Assembly: GCA_964016885.1 (NCBI GenBank)
Contig: OZ024742.1
Location: 2,914,001-2,978,000, forward strand
Length of the DNA stretch: 64,000 bases
Direction: 5' to 3'
Origin: Eledone cirrhosa
Lineage: Eukaryota
The position numbers and the translations under genes are program-made. This document shows, in pieces, positions 45,940-61,508 of the stretch (the stretch's first letter is position 1; every line of letters begins with the position of its first letter). The notes beneath the pieces were generated by a model that searched no databases, had not been told where the DNA came from, and saw nothing but the letters and a program-made list of their open reading frames with translations.

Positions 45940-45974
<35 letters not shown>

Positions 45975-45977
<3 letters not shown>

Positions 45978-46215
45978 TTGTGTATAATGGTAGCTGCGGT
46001 GCTTCCATAGGCGGTATGGCAACATTAGCACTCAATATTCATACAGAGCAGGGTGTGGATAGTATATAAAAAAAAATCAGTGATGCATCTGGACTCAATT
46101 TAGAATCAGCCATATCCATACAGTGATCATGACTCGAGCCTACTTGCCGGCGAAACAATTGTAACACGCAATAAACTGAGTCCAGATGCATCACTGATTT
46201 TTCGTTTTTTTATAC

Positions 46216-46218
<3 letters not shown>
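45975..46218 (-). mobile_element. PLE-type tail + hairpin insertion with partial HHR
   Basis: ~46059-46098 inverted at ~46177-46218; spacer holds GCC..GGC-GAAA-CAATTG-TA (46152) but no clean CUGANGA. Confidence 0.6.
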
Positions 46219-46287
<69 letters not shown>

Positions 46288-46472
46288 GATAAATCTACCA
46301 AGAGTTTACGGTAGTGTCCAATCCGTATGAAGAACTCAATGTATTCCGGATATCATGGAAAGAAGAAATGTAATGAAAAATCACTTTCGGTGAAAGATAA
46401 ACGGTATACAGAGTCAAGATAAAATATTAAACAAATAATGAATAAACAATTCCTTATATTAAACAAAAAAAG

Positions 46473-46626
46473 TTCATTATTTAACGATCGTTTCTAGGAT
46501 ATATATGTGTTAGAGTTGGCATGCATATTCAACAGATCTATGTACAAAATTATACAAAATTATACAAACTATCAAGATTAAATATACATACCAACACATA
46601 TATACGCCGTCTTCAGAAATAATGAA
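46473..46626 (-). ncRNA. Type I hammerhead motif
   Basis: TTCATTATTT-CTGAAGA-...-GAAA-CGATCG-TT-AAATAATGAA (10-bp stem I). Confidence 0.82.
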
Positions 46627-47254
46627 ATATATTTATTGATAATAACAACAATTCAAACTTTCAGGTCCGTTTGGGAACAAAATTGACCAATGAAAATACA
46701 AAAGGTTTAATGCCGTTCGGTGTGTGTATATACATGTAATAACCCTTACACATATTTTACAAAAATGTATGCACAACCTGTATACTCATACAAAAAGGAT
46801 GGATGCAAATACAAAATTTCAAGGTTAATGTCTCTGTAAGTTTATAATGCACAGATAAGATGCGTATAGATACATAAATATGAAAAAAGTGTATACACAT
46901 ATTTTCATACTAACACATATCCGTACAATCACACATACACGCGCGTATATGCATAAACATACACATAAACTACAAACATACAAACACACACACACCACCA
47001 CTCACATATATATATGTGGATATAAAATCCTAAGCACATGGATATTAATTCACTCACATAAACACTGGCACACACATTTAGATAAAGATACAGAAATTAG
47101 GTGGGAGGGGGGGGAGAGGTCAGTATTCAACGGTTTGGGCTGCCTGCTTAATATAGATGTATCTATAAACTAAGAAAATAAAAAATAATAATAAATAATA
47201 AATAAACATTAAAAAGGAAAGAAAAAAGAAAAAAGAAAAAAGAAATATATCACG

Positions 47255-47289
<35 letters not shown>

Positions 47290-47511
47290 ACATATATATA
47301 TCTATATATATATATACATACATATACATATACATACACATACATACACACACACACACACATATACATATACACAAACACATATACAAACACATACATA
47401 CATATACACACATCCACACTTAGAACATAACATACACACACATATATAAATATATACATATACACACATAGATACAAATACACACATACATATAAATACA
47501 CATACACATAT

Positions 47512-47572
<61 letters not shown>

Positions 47573-47876
47573 CACTCATACATAGGCATATAATCACACA
47601 TACTATATAGACACACATATATATACACACATACATACACATATACCTACACTTACATACATATATACATACAGATATACACATACATACCTATATATAC
47701 ACACAAATACATACAGACATATATACATACATACAGACAAATACTTACGCATCTATATATCGGTATATACATACAAACACCACTACACGGCATTAAACCT
47801 TTTGTATTTTCATTGGTCAATTTTGTTCCCAAACGGACCTGAAAGTTTGAATTGTTGTTATTATCAATAAATATAT

Positions 47877-48030
47877 TTCATTATTTCTGAAGACGGCGTA
47901 TATATGTGTTGGTATGTATATTTAATCTTGATAGTTTGTATAATTTTGTATAATTTTGTACATAGATCTGTTGAATATGCATGCCAACTCTAACACATAT
48001 ATATCCTAGAAACGATCGTTAAATAATGAA
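47877..48030 (+). ncRNA. Type I hammerhead motif (inverted-arm copy)
   Basis: CTGAAGA 47887, GAAA 48009, CGATCG, TT. Confidence 0.82.
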
Positions 48031-48100
48031 CTTTTTTTGTTTAATATAAGGAATTGTTTATTCATTATTTGTTTAATATTTTATATATATATATATATAT

Positions 48101-48327
48101 ACTAAGAATAATGAGTTCTAAACTCAAGCAGTCCTTTACAATGAAATAGCTCAAAGAAAGAAGTATTTCTGAGCCGTGTAATACAAGTTAATATAAATTA
48201 ATATATATGATAAAACACAAATACCAACATATAAGTGTTTGTATTGTAAATGACTATGTTAGCTAGATTGAAAAATACTAATTATAATAATACAGTTTGC
48301 CTGTCTCGATTTAAAATAATAAATAAA
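48101..48327 (-). mobile_element. Second copy of family L 3' end
   Basis: Near-identical reverse complement of 45778-45939, extending further upstream. Confidence 0.8.
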
Positions 48328-48338
48328 TATATATATAT

Positions 48339-48531
48339 ATAGGTGAAAGTGTGACCCCGACGCAGAGCTCAAGCCGTTTCGACTAGAGACTTTAGTCCAG
48401 AAATAGCCGTCGAAACGGCGTGAGCTCTGCCATCGGGGTCATACTTTCTTCTATTACCAACTCTACTACCCTAAGTATTGAGTACTCTGGTGCGTTATGG
48501 TCCATCTTATTCCTTGCCACACCTCCTTCGT
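48339..48531 (+). mobile_element. Family A mini-insertion (short inversion + 77-nt tail)
   Basis: Homologous to 195-335; carries the HHR 3' half only. Confidence 0.85.
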
Positions 48532-48606
48532 TATATATATATATACCAACACATTTCGTACTGCACTTCTTATTTTTGTTTTGTTCTTTGCCAATATATA
48601 TATGTA

Positions 48607-51600
48607 TCTTATATATAAAGTGAAGTTGGGCGTTGTTTGTTTGTTTGGTTCCCCGAACTTGCAATTTTGATGACACTTGAGACATATATAAAACTCGACC
48701 CGTAGATTGGAATAGGCTACTTGAAATTTTCGAAAAATCGATTATCGGGCCCACAGAAGCCACTCCCGCCATACAAAAAACGTTCAATCTATCAGGATTA
48801 TCCACCGTAAGTCTCTTTAAATTAACGCTCACCATATTCAGCAAACGTTTTATGCCGATTCTTGCATTTCTTATATAAGGACTATCAAGACTATACCGCC
48901 GCGCATCATCCTGTATTGCGCCCAGGCTTCTAAAGCGATCATCGAGCCTCCATGCGCTCTGTTCATTCCCGTGGTCCCACTACCGTAGCATAATAAGGCA
49001 TCCGTCAACCCCTGCCCTCTCCCTTCCCTGCACGCCGTCGACCTACTGCATCATGATGCATCACCATGCGCATCTTGTCAGCCTCAATTCATTCCCCGGC
49101 CCTTTACATTGCCTGCCCTCCGTGGTCCCTAAGGACTGCCACGGCTCAACATGCCGAATCCCTGCCACCGTCCACCCCTGCCCATCTCCATTGCCTACAC
49201 TCCGGGAGAGCTCAAGACTTCCATGCCTGACCAAGCCGCATCCCTGCCACCGTCAACAAACCTGTGCCCTCTCCCTTACCTGCACGCCGTCGTCCCACTG
49301 CATCGTCATGCCTCACCATGCCGCATTACTGCCCTGTCGACCACCATCTCCTCCTCAGCCGTTTCTTTTGCCTGCTCGCCGTGCTCCTTCAAGACTGCCA
49401 TGCCTAACCAAGCCGCATCCCTGCCACCATCAAGTTCTGCCCTCTCCCTTCCCTGCACACCGTCGTCCCACTGCATCGTCATGCCTCACCATGCCGCATC
49501 CATGCTCTGTCAGCCGCCATGCCCTCCCCTGCCCCCTCCATTACCCGCACGCCTTGGTCCTTCACGAGTGCTATGGTTCACCATGCGGAATCCCTGCAAC
49601 CGTCAATCCCGGCCATCTCCCTTCCCTGCACGCCGTCGACCCACTGCATCGTTATTCCTTACCATGCCGCATCCATGATCTGTCAGCCACCATCCCCTCC
49701 TCGGCCTTTTATTTTTCCTGCCCACCGTGCTCCTTCACGACTGCCATGCCTAACCAAGCCGCATCCCTGCCACCGTCAACCCCTGCCCCCTCCCTTGCTC
49801 GCACGCCTTGGTGCCTCACGACTGCCATGGCTCACCATGCGGCATTCCTGCCCTGTCAGCAACTTGCTCAAATGTCATCAGCATGGTTTATTCCTGCGCC
49901 GCACATAACCGCCCATTATCTCAGACCAAAGACAGCACCGAACATGAAGACGATCCTATGTAACTCTTTTTACATTCATTTTGACCATATTTAACAAAAT
50001 TAAACAAAAATCTATCCCATTCTCCTCCAAAGCCTACCGATCATGTATGGCTGATACACATCATACCTTGCACCCGGTTTTCTCAAACAATCATCGTGCC
50101 TCCCAGTGCTCTCTACATTCCCGAGGTGCAACTCAATTGGCATGCCACTTCCACGCCCTGTCAGCCGCCATGCAGCCTGCCCTTTCGTCATGCCTCACCA
50201 TGTTGCATCCCTGCTCTGTCAGCCGCCATCCACTCTCCGGCCCTTTCCACTGCCAAGGCATGGAAGTCTTGAGGGACCAAGTCGCATCCCTGCCAACGTC
50301 AAACCCTGCCCTCTCCGTTCCATGCACGCCTTCGTCCCACTGCATCGTCATGCATCACCATGCCGCATCAATGCTCTTTCAGCCGCCCTCCCCTCCTCGG
50401 CCCTTTCTTTTTCCTGCCCGCAGTTCTCCTTCAAGACTGCCATGGCTCACCATGCGGCATCCCTGCCACCGTCCACCCCTGTCCTCTTCCTTGCCTGCTG
50501 GCCGTCGTCCCACTGCATCGTCATGCCTCAGGATGCCGCCTCCATGCACTGTCAGCCACCATCCCCTCCTCGGCCCTTTCTTTTGCCTGACCGCCGTGCT
50601 CCTTCAAGACTCCCATGGCTATCTATGCCGCATCAATTCCTTGCCACCCGCTTAAACGTCATCAGCATGGCTTATTGTTGCCCCAATTGACCACCGATTT
50701 TCGCAGGCTAAACACAATACCAACGTGCACGATAGTCCATGGTAAATCTTTTTAATTACATGTTCATCATGCTAAGCAAAGGATGAATAGCAACTCTTTC
50801 ATTTCTCCTGACATGCCTTTCTGTCAATTATGGCCGAGAAGCATCCTGTGTAGCATCGCGTCTTCTCAAGCGATCAGCCTGCCTTCCACTGTCCTCACAA
50901 TTGACTCAAAACGCCGCATCTATTCCCTGCGACGCCCCTAAACATCATCAGCATGGCTTATTTTTATGCCGCGTTTAACCGGCCCTCATTCTAGGCCAGG
51001 AACAACAAAATCGCACGATGATGCTGCGTAAGTCTATTTAAATTAATGGTCAACATGTTCAGCTAAAGAATTCTACCAATTCTTCCTCTTCACCTCCAAG
51101 GCCTATCCATTACATCTTAGAAGTCGTGATTCGCAATTTCTACGATTTCAATATTGACACAATAGTCCTTCTAATTTTTCGGCACATGTTGCTCCGATAG
51201 GAATATCAACGTGATTTTCACTTAATTCGTAAGTGTTCAGTCTTCTGTATGCTTTTATTTTTTATTGATACAACACCGACTACAATCATCTAACTTCACT
51301 TTGTAGGCTAGACGCAAATCACAAGGAAAACAATCCTCTGATATACAACCCCACCAAATTCTTTGGTCTACGTAGATTTCAATGGCTGTATCCTTTGCCT
51401 TTGTATGGTTGTACATTTGACAATGTCGCAAAACACTATTCCATTTAATTCTTCCCTTTCAGCTATGAATTGGGCAGTGCCTTAAATCCCGGTTTATTTG
51501 CGTGCAATTTTTTGGTATCTTATGAATGGAGAATCGAAAACCCTTTTTCTCATAACTTGATACATGCGTTACACATGCTCCATGGATGTTTGTGGACTAT

Positions 51601-52430
51601 TTTTTCAAAATACCAATATCACGGATTGGAGCACAAAAAGAAACGTTTGTTCTTCATTTATTTCGGTTAAAGCATCCTGCTGGAATTTAGCGCAGACCCG
51701 TTTAAATCCAGCGCCTTATAACCCCGAGTGTAACCGGGTACACCAGCTAGAAAGACAAATGGAAACATTGTTTCCTCGATCCGATTTGACGAAAGTCGAT
51801 TTAGTTCCACAACAAATTAACAAACCATACTTAAAGGTACGTTGAGGCTGTTTTGATCAACTTTTTTATCAACTTTTTTTCACCTATAGCAAATTTACCG
51901 GGACAGGTTTTTAGCTAATTCAGAGGTCACGCATTCATGTAAAAAATCAATAAAACTGAAGCGGAGGTTCGACTTTGCGCAAAAAACAAGGCAAAGTTGC
52001 ACATGGGAAAACCTTTTACAGGAACGTCCGATTTTCTTGAAAACTGTCGCAAAACACTCGCCATTATGTCGCGGTTCAGATAAAGTCCCTTTTATTTCTT
52101 ATTCTGCACGTATGAGCGCGAAAATTGTAAAAAAAAAAAACTGTGAAAAAATCGACTTTTTCACCCTGCTTTAAAAATCAACTGAAAATTCAATTTCAAG
52201 TGAATTTGACTTCGGTCAGTCCTGCAAAGAACGATATCAACGATACAATGTGAACCTACAATTGTTCCATTATTTATGCTCAATTACACACCTGCGTCTA
52301 CTAACCTCTGTTTTTTTCCTTGAGGTTCAAAGGTTTTTGCACCTGCGATGCGCGGGAAGTAACTTAAAAAACATTTTAACAACAGAGCAAAGGTCGACTT
52401 ACTCCCGGGCAACGCCGGGTACTTCTGCTA

Positions 52431-52431
<1 letters not shown>
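48607..52431 (+). mobile_element. Non-autonomous Helitron (~3.8 kb) with internal GC-rich repeats
   Basis: A|TCTTATATATAAAG..(GTTT)n start; 3' CCCG-GGCAACGC-CGGG, 8 nt, CTAG|T. The 5' boundary is less certain than the 3'. Confidence 0.78.
48900..51110 (+). repeat. Degenerate C-rich modular repeats inside Helitron
   Basis: Recurring ACTGCCATGCCTCACCATGCCGCATCCCTGCCACCGTC-like subunits; TCATCAGCATGG marks three diverged modules at 49875, 50659, 50945. Confidence 0.8.
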
Positions 52432-52508
<77 letters not shown>

Positions 52509-52729
52509 TATGTGTGTGTGTGTGTGTGTGTGTGCGTGTGCGTGAATGTGTGTGTGTGTGTGTGTATGTGTGTGTGTGTGTGTGTGTGCGTGTGCGTGAA
52601 TGTGTGTGTGTTTACGATTATTCTCATTAAATTTTATCAAGCACAATCAAACGACGGAAAACAATAGGAATATATTTATAGCTTAACATGGAAACTAATC
52701 ATGGCAGAAGCACATTTACAACAGCACTT

Positions 52730-53085
52730 ATACCACCACCTCCACCACTCACAACATCACCACCACCATTACCGCCACCGCTACCACCAACATCACCACC
52801 ACTCACAACACCACCATCACCACCTGCACCACCATTAACACCACCAACTATACCAACAACATCACCACCACCACCACTCACAACACCACCCCCATCTATA
52901 CCAACATCAACACCACCACCACACCACCAATACCAACAACACCACCACCACCACCACCATTACCGCCACCACTACCACCAACAGTACCAACAACATCAAT
53001 TAAGAAACTTGTTTTAACACCTTACCGTTGTCACAAACATAATCTCCATTATCAACAACAACACGCAAGATAACAACAACAATAT
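52730..53085 (+). repeat. Degenerate (CCA)n/(CAA)n tract
   Basis: Direct reading. Confidence 0.85.
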
Positions 53086-53204
53086 TAAGAATCAAATCAG
53101 ACGGCATTCAGCTGACAGAGACCCTTTGGTGTAATACCTTAACATCATCGTCTGTCATTGCCACGGGTGTATCTCGTTTTCTTGCCACCTCTCCAGTTAA
53201 TATT

Positions 53205-53427
53205 GTGGAATGTCAGTGTCGGTAGAGCGTCAAACACCATGATTTGCAGCACAGAGTTATGGACCTTTACGTTCTGAGTTCTAATCCCGCCGAGGTTAGC
53301 TATGCTTTTTATTCTTATGGGGTTGATAAAATAAAGTACCAGTAATGCACTGGACTCTATTTAATCGACTATCTCCACCCTTACAAATTGCTGGACTTGT
53401 GCCTAAAGTAGAAACAATTATAATTAT
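53205..53427 (+). mobile_element. tRNA-type SINE (second family)
   Basis: Aligns with 6691-6880, including GAGTTCTAATCCCGCCGAGGTT and the 3' end. Confidence 0.8.
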
Positions 53428-53474
53428 CTGGATTGTCAAGATATGTTTTGAAGTATATTTTCAAATGTCTAATT

Positions 53475-53521
<47 letters not shown>

Positions 53522-53526
<5 letters not shown>

Positions 53527-53705
53527 AATGGCAGTTCCGCCCTTTCTTCTGCCAGCGCGATCAGCACGGATGGCTTTGAAATTTTTCACTTTCACCTCGG
53601 CTTCCAAGTGGAGGTTACTGAGATGGGTTTCAGTGAGGACGAAGAAAGGGATGTGGTTTGGATGGACATCAATCCAGTCCTCCAGGAATTTGATCTTCCA
53701 TTTTT
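53522..53705 (-). repeat. 184-bp inverted duplicate of LINE 5' region
   Basis: Reverse complement of 53747-53930; bounded by (TA)n on both sides. Confidence 0.92.
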
Positions 53706-53720
53706 ATATATATATATATA

Positions 53721-56967
<3,247 letters not shown>

Positions 56968-56972
56968 TATAC

Positions 56973-57029
<57 letters not shown>

Positions 57030-57033
<4 letters not shown>

Positions 57034-57250
57034 AGGCGTGTGGCTGAGTGCTTAGAGAATTGGATTCGCAATCGTAAGGTTGTGAGTTCGATTCCTGGAC
57101 CAGGCGATGCGTTATGTCCTTGAGCAAGACACTTTATTTCACGTTGCTCCTTCTACCTGGAGTTGCGACCGATAGATAGTATTAGCAATTGGAAAGACCA
57201 ACGGAAACATTGTTACCTCGGTCCGATTTCACGAAAGTCGATCGTTTAAG
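57030..57250 (+). mobile_element. tRNA-derived SINE with CORE/Meta-SINE-like central motif
   Basis: A box TGGCTGAGTG (57041), B box GAGTTCGATTCC (57084), TGTCCTTGAGCAAGACACTTTA; 3' extent uncertain. Confidence 0.8.
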
Positions 57251-57300
57251 ATATATATATATACTCACTCCCCACACACACACATTTATATATATATATA

Positions 57301-57624
57301 GTTAAAAGAATAGAGGTGTAACACACAAGTTATTATATATTGGTAAACGGAATAGAAAATGCTGACAAATTGTTCACAGTTGAAAAATGGTTTAATTAGG
57401 AATAAAAGAGTATTAGTGATTATATGGGTTAGTATTCAGTTGTGGTTTTAAGTTTTTAAGTTTTTACCGGTTGCGCATTTCTAAAGGCTTTTCAAAAATA
57501 ATTTTGAGATAAAAACTTAAAACCACAACTGAATACTAACCCATATAATCACTAATACTCTTTTATTCCTAATTAAATCATTTTTTAACTGTGAACAATT
57601 TGTCAGCATTTTCTATTCCGTTTA

Positions 57625-57630
<6 letters not shown>
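57301..57630 (-). mobile_element. PLE-type hairpin insertion (family G)
   Basis: ~57337-57458 inverted at 57510-57630; variant HHR in the loop; second copy at 61705-61907. Confidence 0.82.
57461..57498 (-). ncRNA. Minimal hammerhead-like motif, core UUGAAAA/GCAA
   Basis: TTT-TTGAAAA-GC...GC-GCAA-CCGG-TA-AAA; same layout as 61471-61508. Confidence 0.5.
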
Positions 57631-57658
<28 letters not shown>

Positions 57659-57670
57659 TCCCCCGCCCCC

Positions 57671-57712
<42 letters not shown>

Positions 57713-57750
57713 GAAAGATTTGAATGGATACAGTTTATTTGAAAGGAATT

Positions 57751-57869
57751 TATTGACACGTGTTTCTATAACAGTTACATAACCTGAAAACAGCTGCTAT
57801 CTACAAAGTATTAGTTATGTAGACATTCAATATTTCAATGTTATTATATACTGTCATTTCATCAGAATA
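57751..57869 (-). ncRNA. Type I hammerhead motif
   Basis: TATT-CTGATGA-.ATGACAGT...ACTGTTAT.-GAAA-CACGTG-TC-AATA; GUC triplet. Confidence 0.85.
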
Positions 57870-58391
57870 ATATTACTGAGGGCCTGTTTGGTTTTTATAG
57901 AGAATATTAGGAGGGAGGGGTGAAGTTGTTAGAAGAATAGTTGAGGGAGTGGTTTTTTGATAGCAGTGAGAATTTTTGGTGGCAGTGAGTAATTAGATTC
58001 CCATCTGTTGTTTTGACATTTTTATAGACTATATTATTGGTTATTTTTCTAAATCTATAGAAGGATTAGAGATAGTATAGATATGCGTGATTGGTTTTGT
58101 GTTTGCACTTAATTAACATTCAGACTTAAATTTTTCTTTCAAGTGTACGTATCCTTTCACCCACGCATTCACACACAAACATATTCGCACACCTCTACAA
58201 AATACATATACTCACATTTACATAGTAACATGTTCATACTTACATACATATACACATGCATACATATATATACACACATGTATTCATGTACATACATACG
58301 CGTTCATGTGTATACATTTTTATACTCAACTTATCTTTATATACACACGTATAGACACACACATATATACATACATACTCTAGTCTATGTG

Positions 58392-58472
<81 letters not shown>

Positions 58473-58751
58473 CCACTTTAATACATGAATACACTTACAT
58501 CTAACTATACACATCAAACATATATATATATATTTACTTATATATATACATTTTCACATATATATACATACTTATGGTCGCTATTAGACACATTCATTAT
58601 CGCATTTTTGCATCTATTCTCATCAGCATATCTTTCCATTATTAGTGTGGTAATTTGAGGTTATTAATATACGTATATATGTTGAGAAGAGATTGTTTTT
58701 ATATTTTTCTAACTAGATTGAAGTTTATATAGTTGGGGGGATGTCCCTCTT

Positions 58752-59557
58752 TTATGTAATATTCGGCTTGTAGTGGGAAAAAAGGGTTTTAGTTCGGTGA
58801 CGGCAGAATAATGTTCGTTCAATTCTGTTATTCAGCAATTTCTTCTTGTGTGTGATTATGTAATAAATCTCAAGATTACACAATTTGCAGAAATTTTGGC
58901 TCCTGGAAAGGCTTTGGGTTTTAGCTAATTTCTCCCATTTTAGGGTAAACTTTTGATCGCTATCCCTGAGCGTCCAAGCTTTTTCTGCTAAAGTTGTTAC
59001 ATTTCTTTGGCTCTGGTGTTTTATTGAGTAAGAATGCCTATATAATCGAGATTTAAACGATGTTGCCGTTGATCCCACGTAATACCACTCGTTGCCTCCG
59101 GATTTAATGGTACACTTATAAATAATATTTTTTTCCAGGCAGTTATTGCCGAGGGGGAAGTTGTCAGGATAGGTGCAGTTACAGTTGTGTACGTTGGGTT
59201 TTCTCTGGAGTAGTATTGCGGACGAACTTAGGTGTGGTTTATTTATGTTCTGTAGTGTATTGTCTACTGTTTTTTTGTGTTCTTTGTACTTAAGTTTTTA
59301 GTGTTTTCGTTTAACCTTCTAGTATTGATCTTTTTTATGTGTTGTTCAAGGTTTAACGCTGTAGAGTATGACAGTCTTATAGTGGTAGGGTTTAGGATTT
59401 TGTGGTATTTGTGTGATGTAGGAAAATGTCTCTTAATTATTTTAAAGAAGAGTACTGGTAAATTTGTACTAATGGAACTATTGTATTCGGGGTTATACCA
59501 TAAGTACTCTTTGCATCGCTTTCTATTAGTTTTGTTTGTTGGTTTACTGGTGTGCAT
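58752..59557 (-). pseudogene. PLE linker + GIY-YIG remnant
   Basis: WYNPEY, IRLSYS, CNCTYPDNFPLGNNC, IIY...YVG, FKSRLYRH, CKLC, LNNR...CRHR; interrupted near 59264. Confidence 0.88.
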
Positions 59558-59691
59558 ACTATGGTAGTAAGTGTGGTTTGGTGTTGTGTTATATATCTAC
59601 CTATGTGGGATTTATTTTGGGATTTATTTATATATATATATAGATATATATAGATATATATAGATATATAAATACTCACTCCACGCACACA

Positions 59692-59765
<74 letters not shown>

Positions 59766-59840
59766 AATATATATAAATATATATAAATATATATAAATAC
59801 TCACTGCCCACACACTTCTATATATATATATACATATATA

Positions 59841-59998
59841 ACGAACGAATTGTGGTAAGGAACCAGATGGACCATAAAGCACCAAAGTACTCAATACTTA
59901 GCATAGTAGAGTGGGTAATAGGAACAAGTATGACCCTGACGGCAGAGCTCAAGCTGTCGAAACGGCTTGAGCTCTGCCGCGGAGTCATACTTGTTCCT

Positions 59999-60000
<2 letters not shown>
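59841..60000 (-). mobile_element. Family A mini-insertion (77-nt tail + short inversion)
   Basis: Homologous to 195-310; arms ~59918-59954 and ~59965-60000. Confidence 0.85.
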
Positions 60001-60043
<43 letters not shown>

Positions 60044-60125
60044 CTCACTCCCAACACACATCTATATATATATACAAGACGTAAAATAAGAACATTATAG
60101 TAATTAACTTACTTACTTAAATTTC

Positions 60126-60207
60126 ACTCCAACTAATTAGTTTCTGAAAGGGGATATACATAGTCTTCAAATAGAGATCATGGAGAGGCCTTTCTTCATC
60201 AGGGAGT
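60126..60207 (-). ncRNA. Type I hammerhead motif
   Basis: ACTCC-CTGATGA-.GAAAGG...CCTTTC.-GAAA-CTAATTAG-TT-GGAGT. Confidence 0.88.
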
Positions 60208-60660
60208 CATTCTCGGCTAAGATTCCTGGCGATGCGCGGACACAGGAAACTTATACAAAAATAATTCAGTGGGTGTAAAAGAGCAAGCGCGGACTAAATT
60301 CCAAGACATTGAAAAAATCAGTGCCTTCTGTGTCGGTGGCAAATTCAAAAGAATCAATCACGTGACATCGAGGTTAATCAGTGAGGAGTGGGGTGTTAAA
60401 AAGACAGTAGCCAAGCTAATACTATGAACCATAGTAGTAATTTAGGCAAATTTTTGCTCAACAAAATAATTTGGAGATAATTATAAAGAAGTAGTATATC
60501 TACCAACATAGTTATACAGATGTATACTAACGCTAGCAAATATATAGGTTTTGTCTTAGTAACTTTGTGGTTCAATACAAAGGGATGCAGAACAATTATA
60601 TGAAAGACGTAAAATAAGAAAATTATAGTAATTAACTTACTTACTTAAATCTCAAATTTC

Positions 60661-60742
60661 ACTGCAACTAATTAGTTTCTGAATGGGGATATACATAGTC
60701 TTAAAATGGAGATCATGGAGAATCCTTTCTTCATCAGGGAGT
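60661..60742 (-). ncRNA. Type I hammerhead motif (second tandem copy)
   Basis: As 60126-60207 with single mismatches in stems I and II. Confidence 0.8.
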
Positions 60743-60976
60743 CATTCTTGGCTAAGATTCCTGGCGATGCGCGGACACAGGAAACTTATTAACACTCCTC
60801 ACTGATTATCCTCGATGTCACGTGATTGATTCTTTTGAATTTGCCACCGACTAAGAAAGCAGTGATTTTTTCAATGTCTTGGAATTTAGTCCGCGCTTGC
60901 TCATTTCCATCCACTAATATTATTTTTGTATAAGAATCCTGTGTCCGCGCATCGCCAGGAATCTTAGCCGAGAATG

Positions 60977-61058
60977 ACTTCCTGATGAAGAAAGGTCTCT
61001 CCATGATCTCCATTTGAGGACTATGTATATCCCCTTTCAGAAACTAATTAGTTGGAGT
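60977..61058 (+). ncRNA. Type I hammerhead motif (inverted copy)
   Basis: CTGATGA 60982, GAAA 61040, CTAATTAG, TT, GGAGT. Confidence 0.86.
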
Positions 61059-61230
61059 GAAATTTGAAATTTAAGTAAGTAAGTTAATTACTATAATTTT
61101 CTTATTTTACGTCTTTCATATAATTGTTCTGCATCCCTTTGTATTGAACCACAAAGTTACTAAGACAAAACCTATGTATTTGCTAGCGTAAGTATACATC
61201 TGTATAAATATGTTGGTAGATATACTAATT

Positions 61231-61278
<48 letters not shown>

Positions 61279-61380
61279 TCACTCCCCACACACACATCTA
61301 TATATATAAAGAAAAAGGGATGAAATCGAAAATGCAACTGAAGTCTTATTTTTTTTTAAAATATATATATTTATTTGGTT

Positions 61381-61418
61381 CCTTTACCGGTTTCGCAGTT
61401 CTTCTGCTTTTCAAAAGG
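61381..61418 (-). ncRNA. Minimal 38-nt hammerhead, U3-A8 variant
   Basis: Reverse complement of 61471-61508. Confidence 0.8.
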
Positions 61419-61470
61419 TGAGTTGAGATGGAGGGTCTGTGGTTTTTCTCAGACCCTCCATCTCAACTCA

Positions 61471-61508
61471 CCTTTTGAAAAGCAGAAGAACTGCGAAACC
61501 GGTAAAGG
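61471..61508 (+). ncRNA. Minimal 38-nt hammerhead, U3-A8 variant
   Basis: CCTT-TTGAAAA-GCAG(AAGAA)CTGC-GAAA-CCGG-TA-AAGG. Confidence 0.8.

Larger units (their letters stand above)
46285..48084 (-). mobile_element. Truncated PLE (family F relative): pLTR + inverted pLTR, no ORF
   Basis: Tail homologous to 41243-41361; 46419-46716 inverted at 47787-48084; HHR in both arms. Confidence 0.88.
57712..59628 (-). mobile_element. 5'-truncated Penelope-like element (Hydra-clade-like, family H)
   Basis: GIY-YIG remnant, HHR near the 3' end, (TA)n flanks; no inverted arm seen. Confidence 0.88.
60076..61236 (-). mobile_element. ORF-less HHR element (family I): 1.35 tandem ~530-bp units + inverted copy
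   Basis: 60076-60254 repeats at 60604-60789; 60789-61236 is an inverted copy crossing the unit junction; three HHRs. Confidence 0.88.

Noticed and set aside
49053-50690. Pro/His/Cys-rich ORFs as a captured gene
   Set aside because: Overlapping ORFs in several frames across C-rich degenerate repeats; no domain motifs.
49875-50951. Three minus-strand CTGATGA sites as hammerheads
   Set aside because: No properly placed GAAA-stem III-UH follows.
52688-53017. Pro/Thr/His-rich protein
   Set aside because: Translation of a (CCA)n tract.
57030-57105. tRNA gene
   Set aside because: A/B boxes present but continues into a SINE core and has a degenerate paralogue at 5067-5168.
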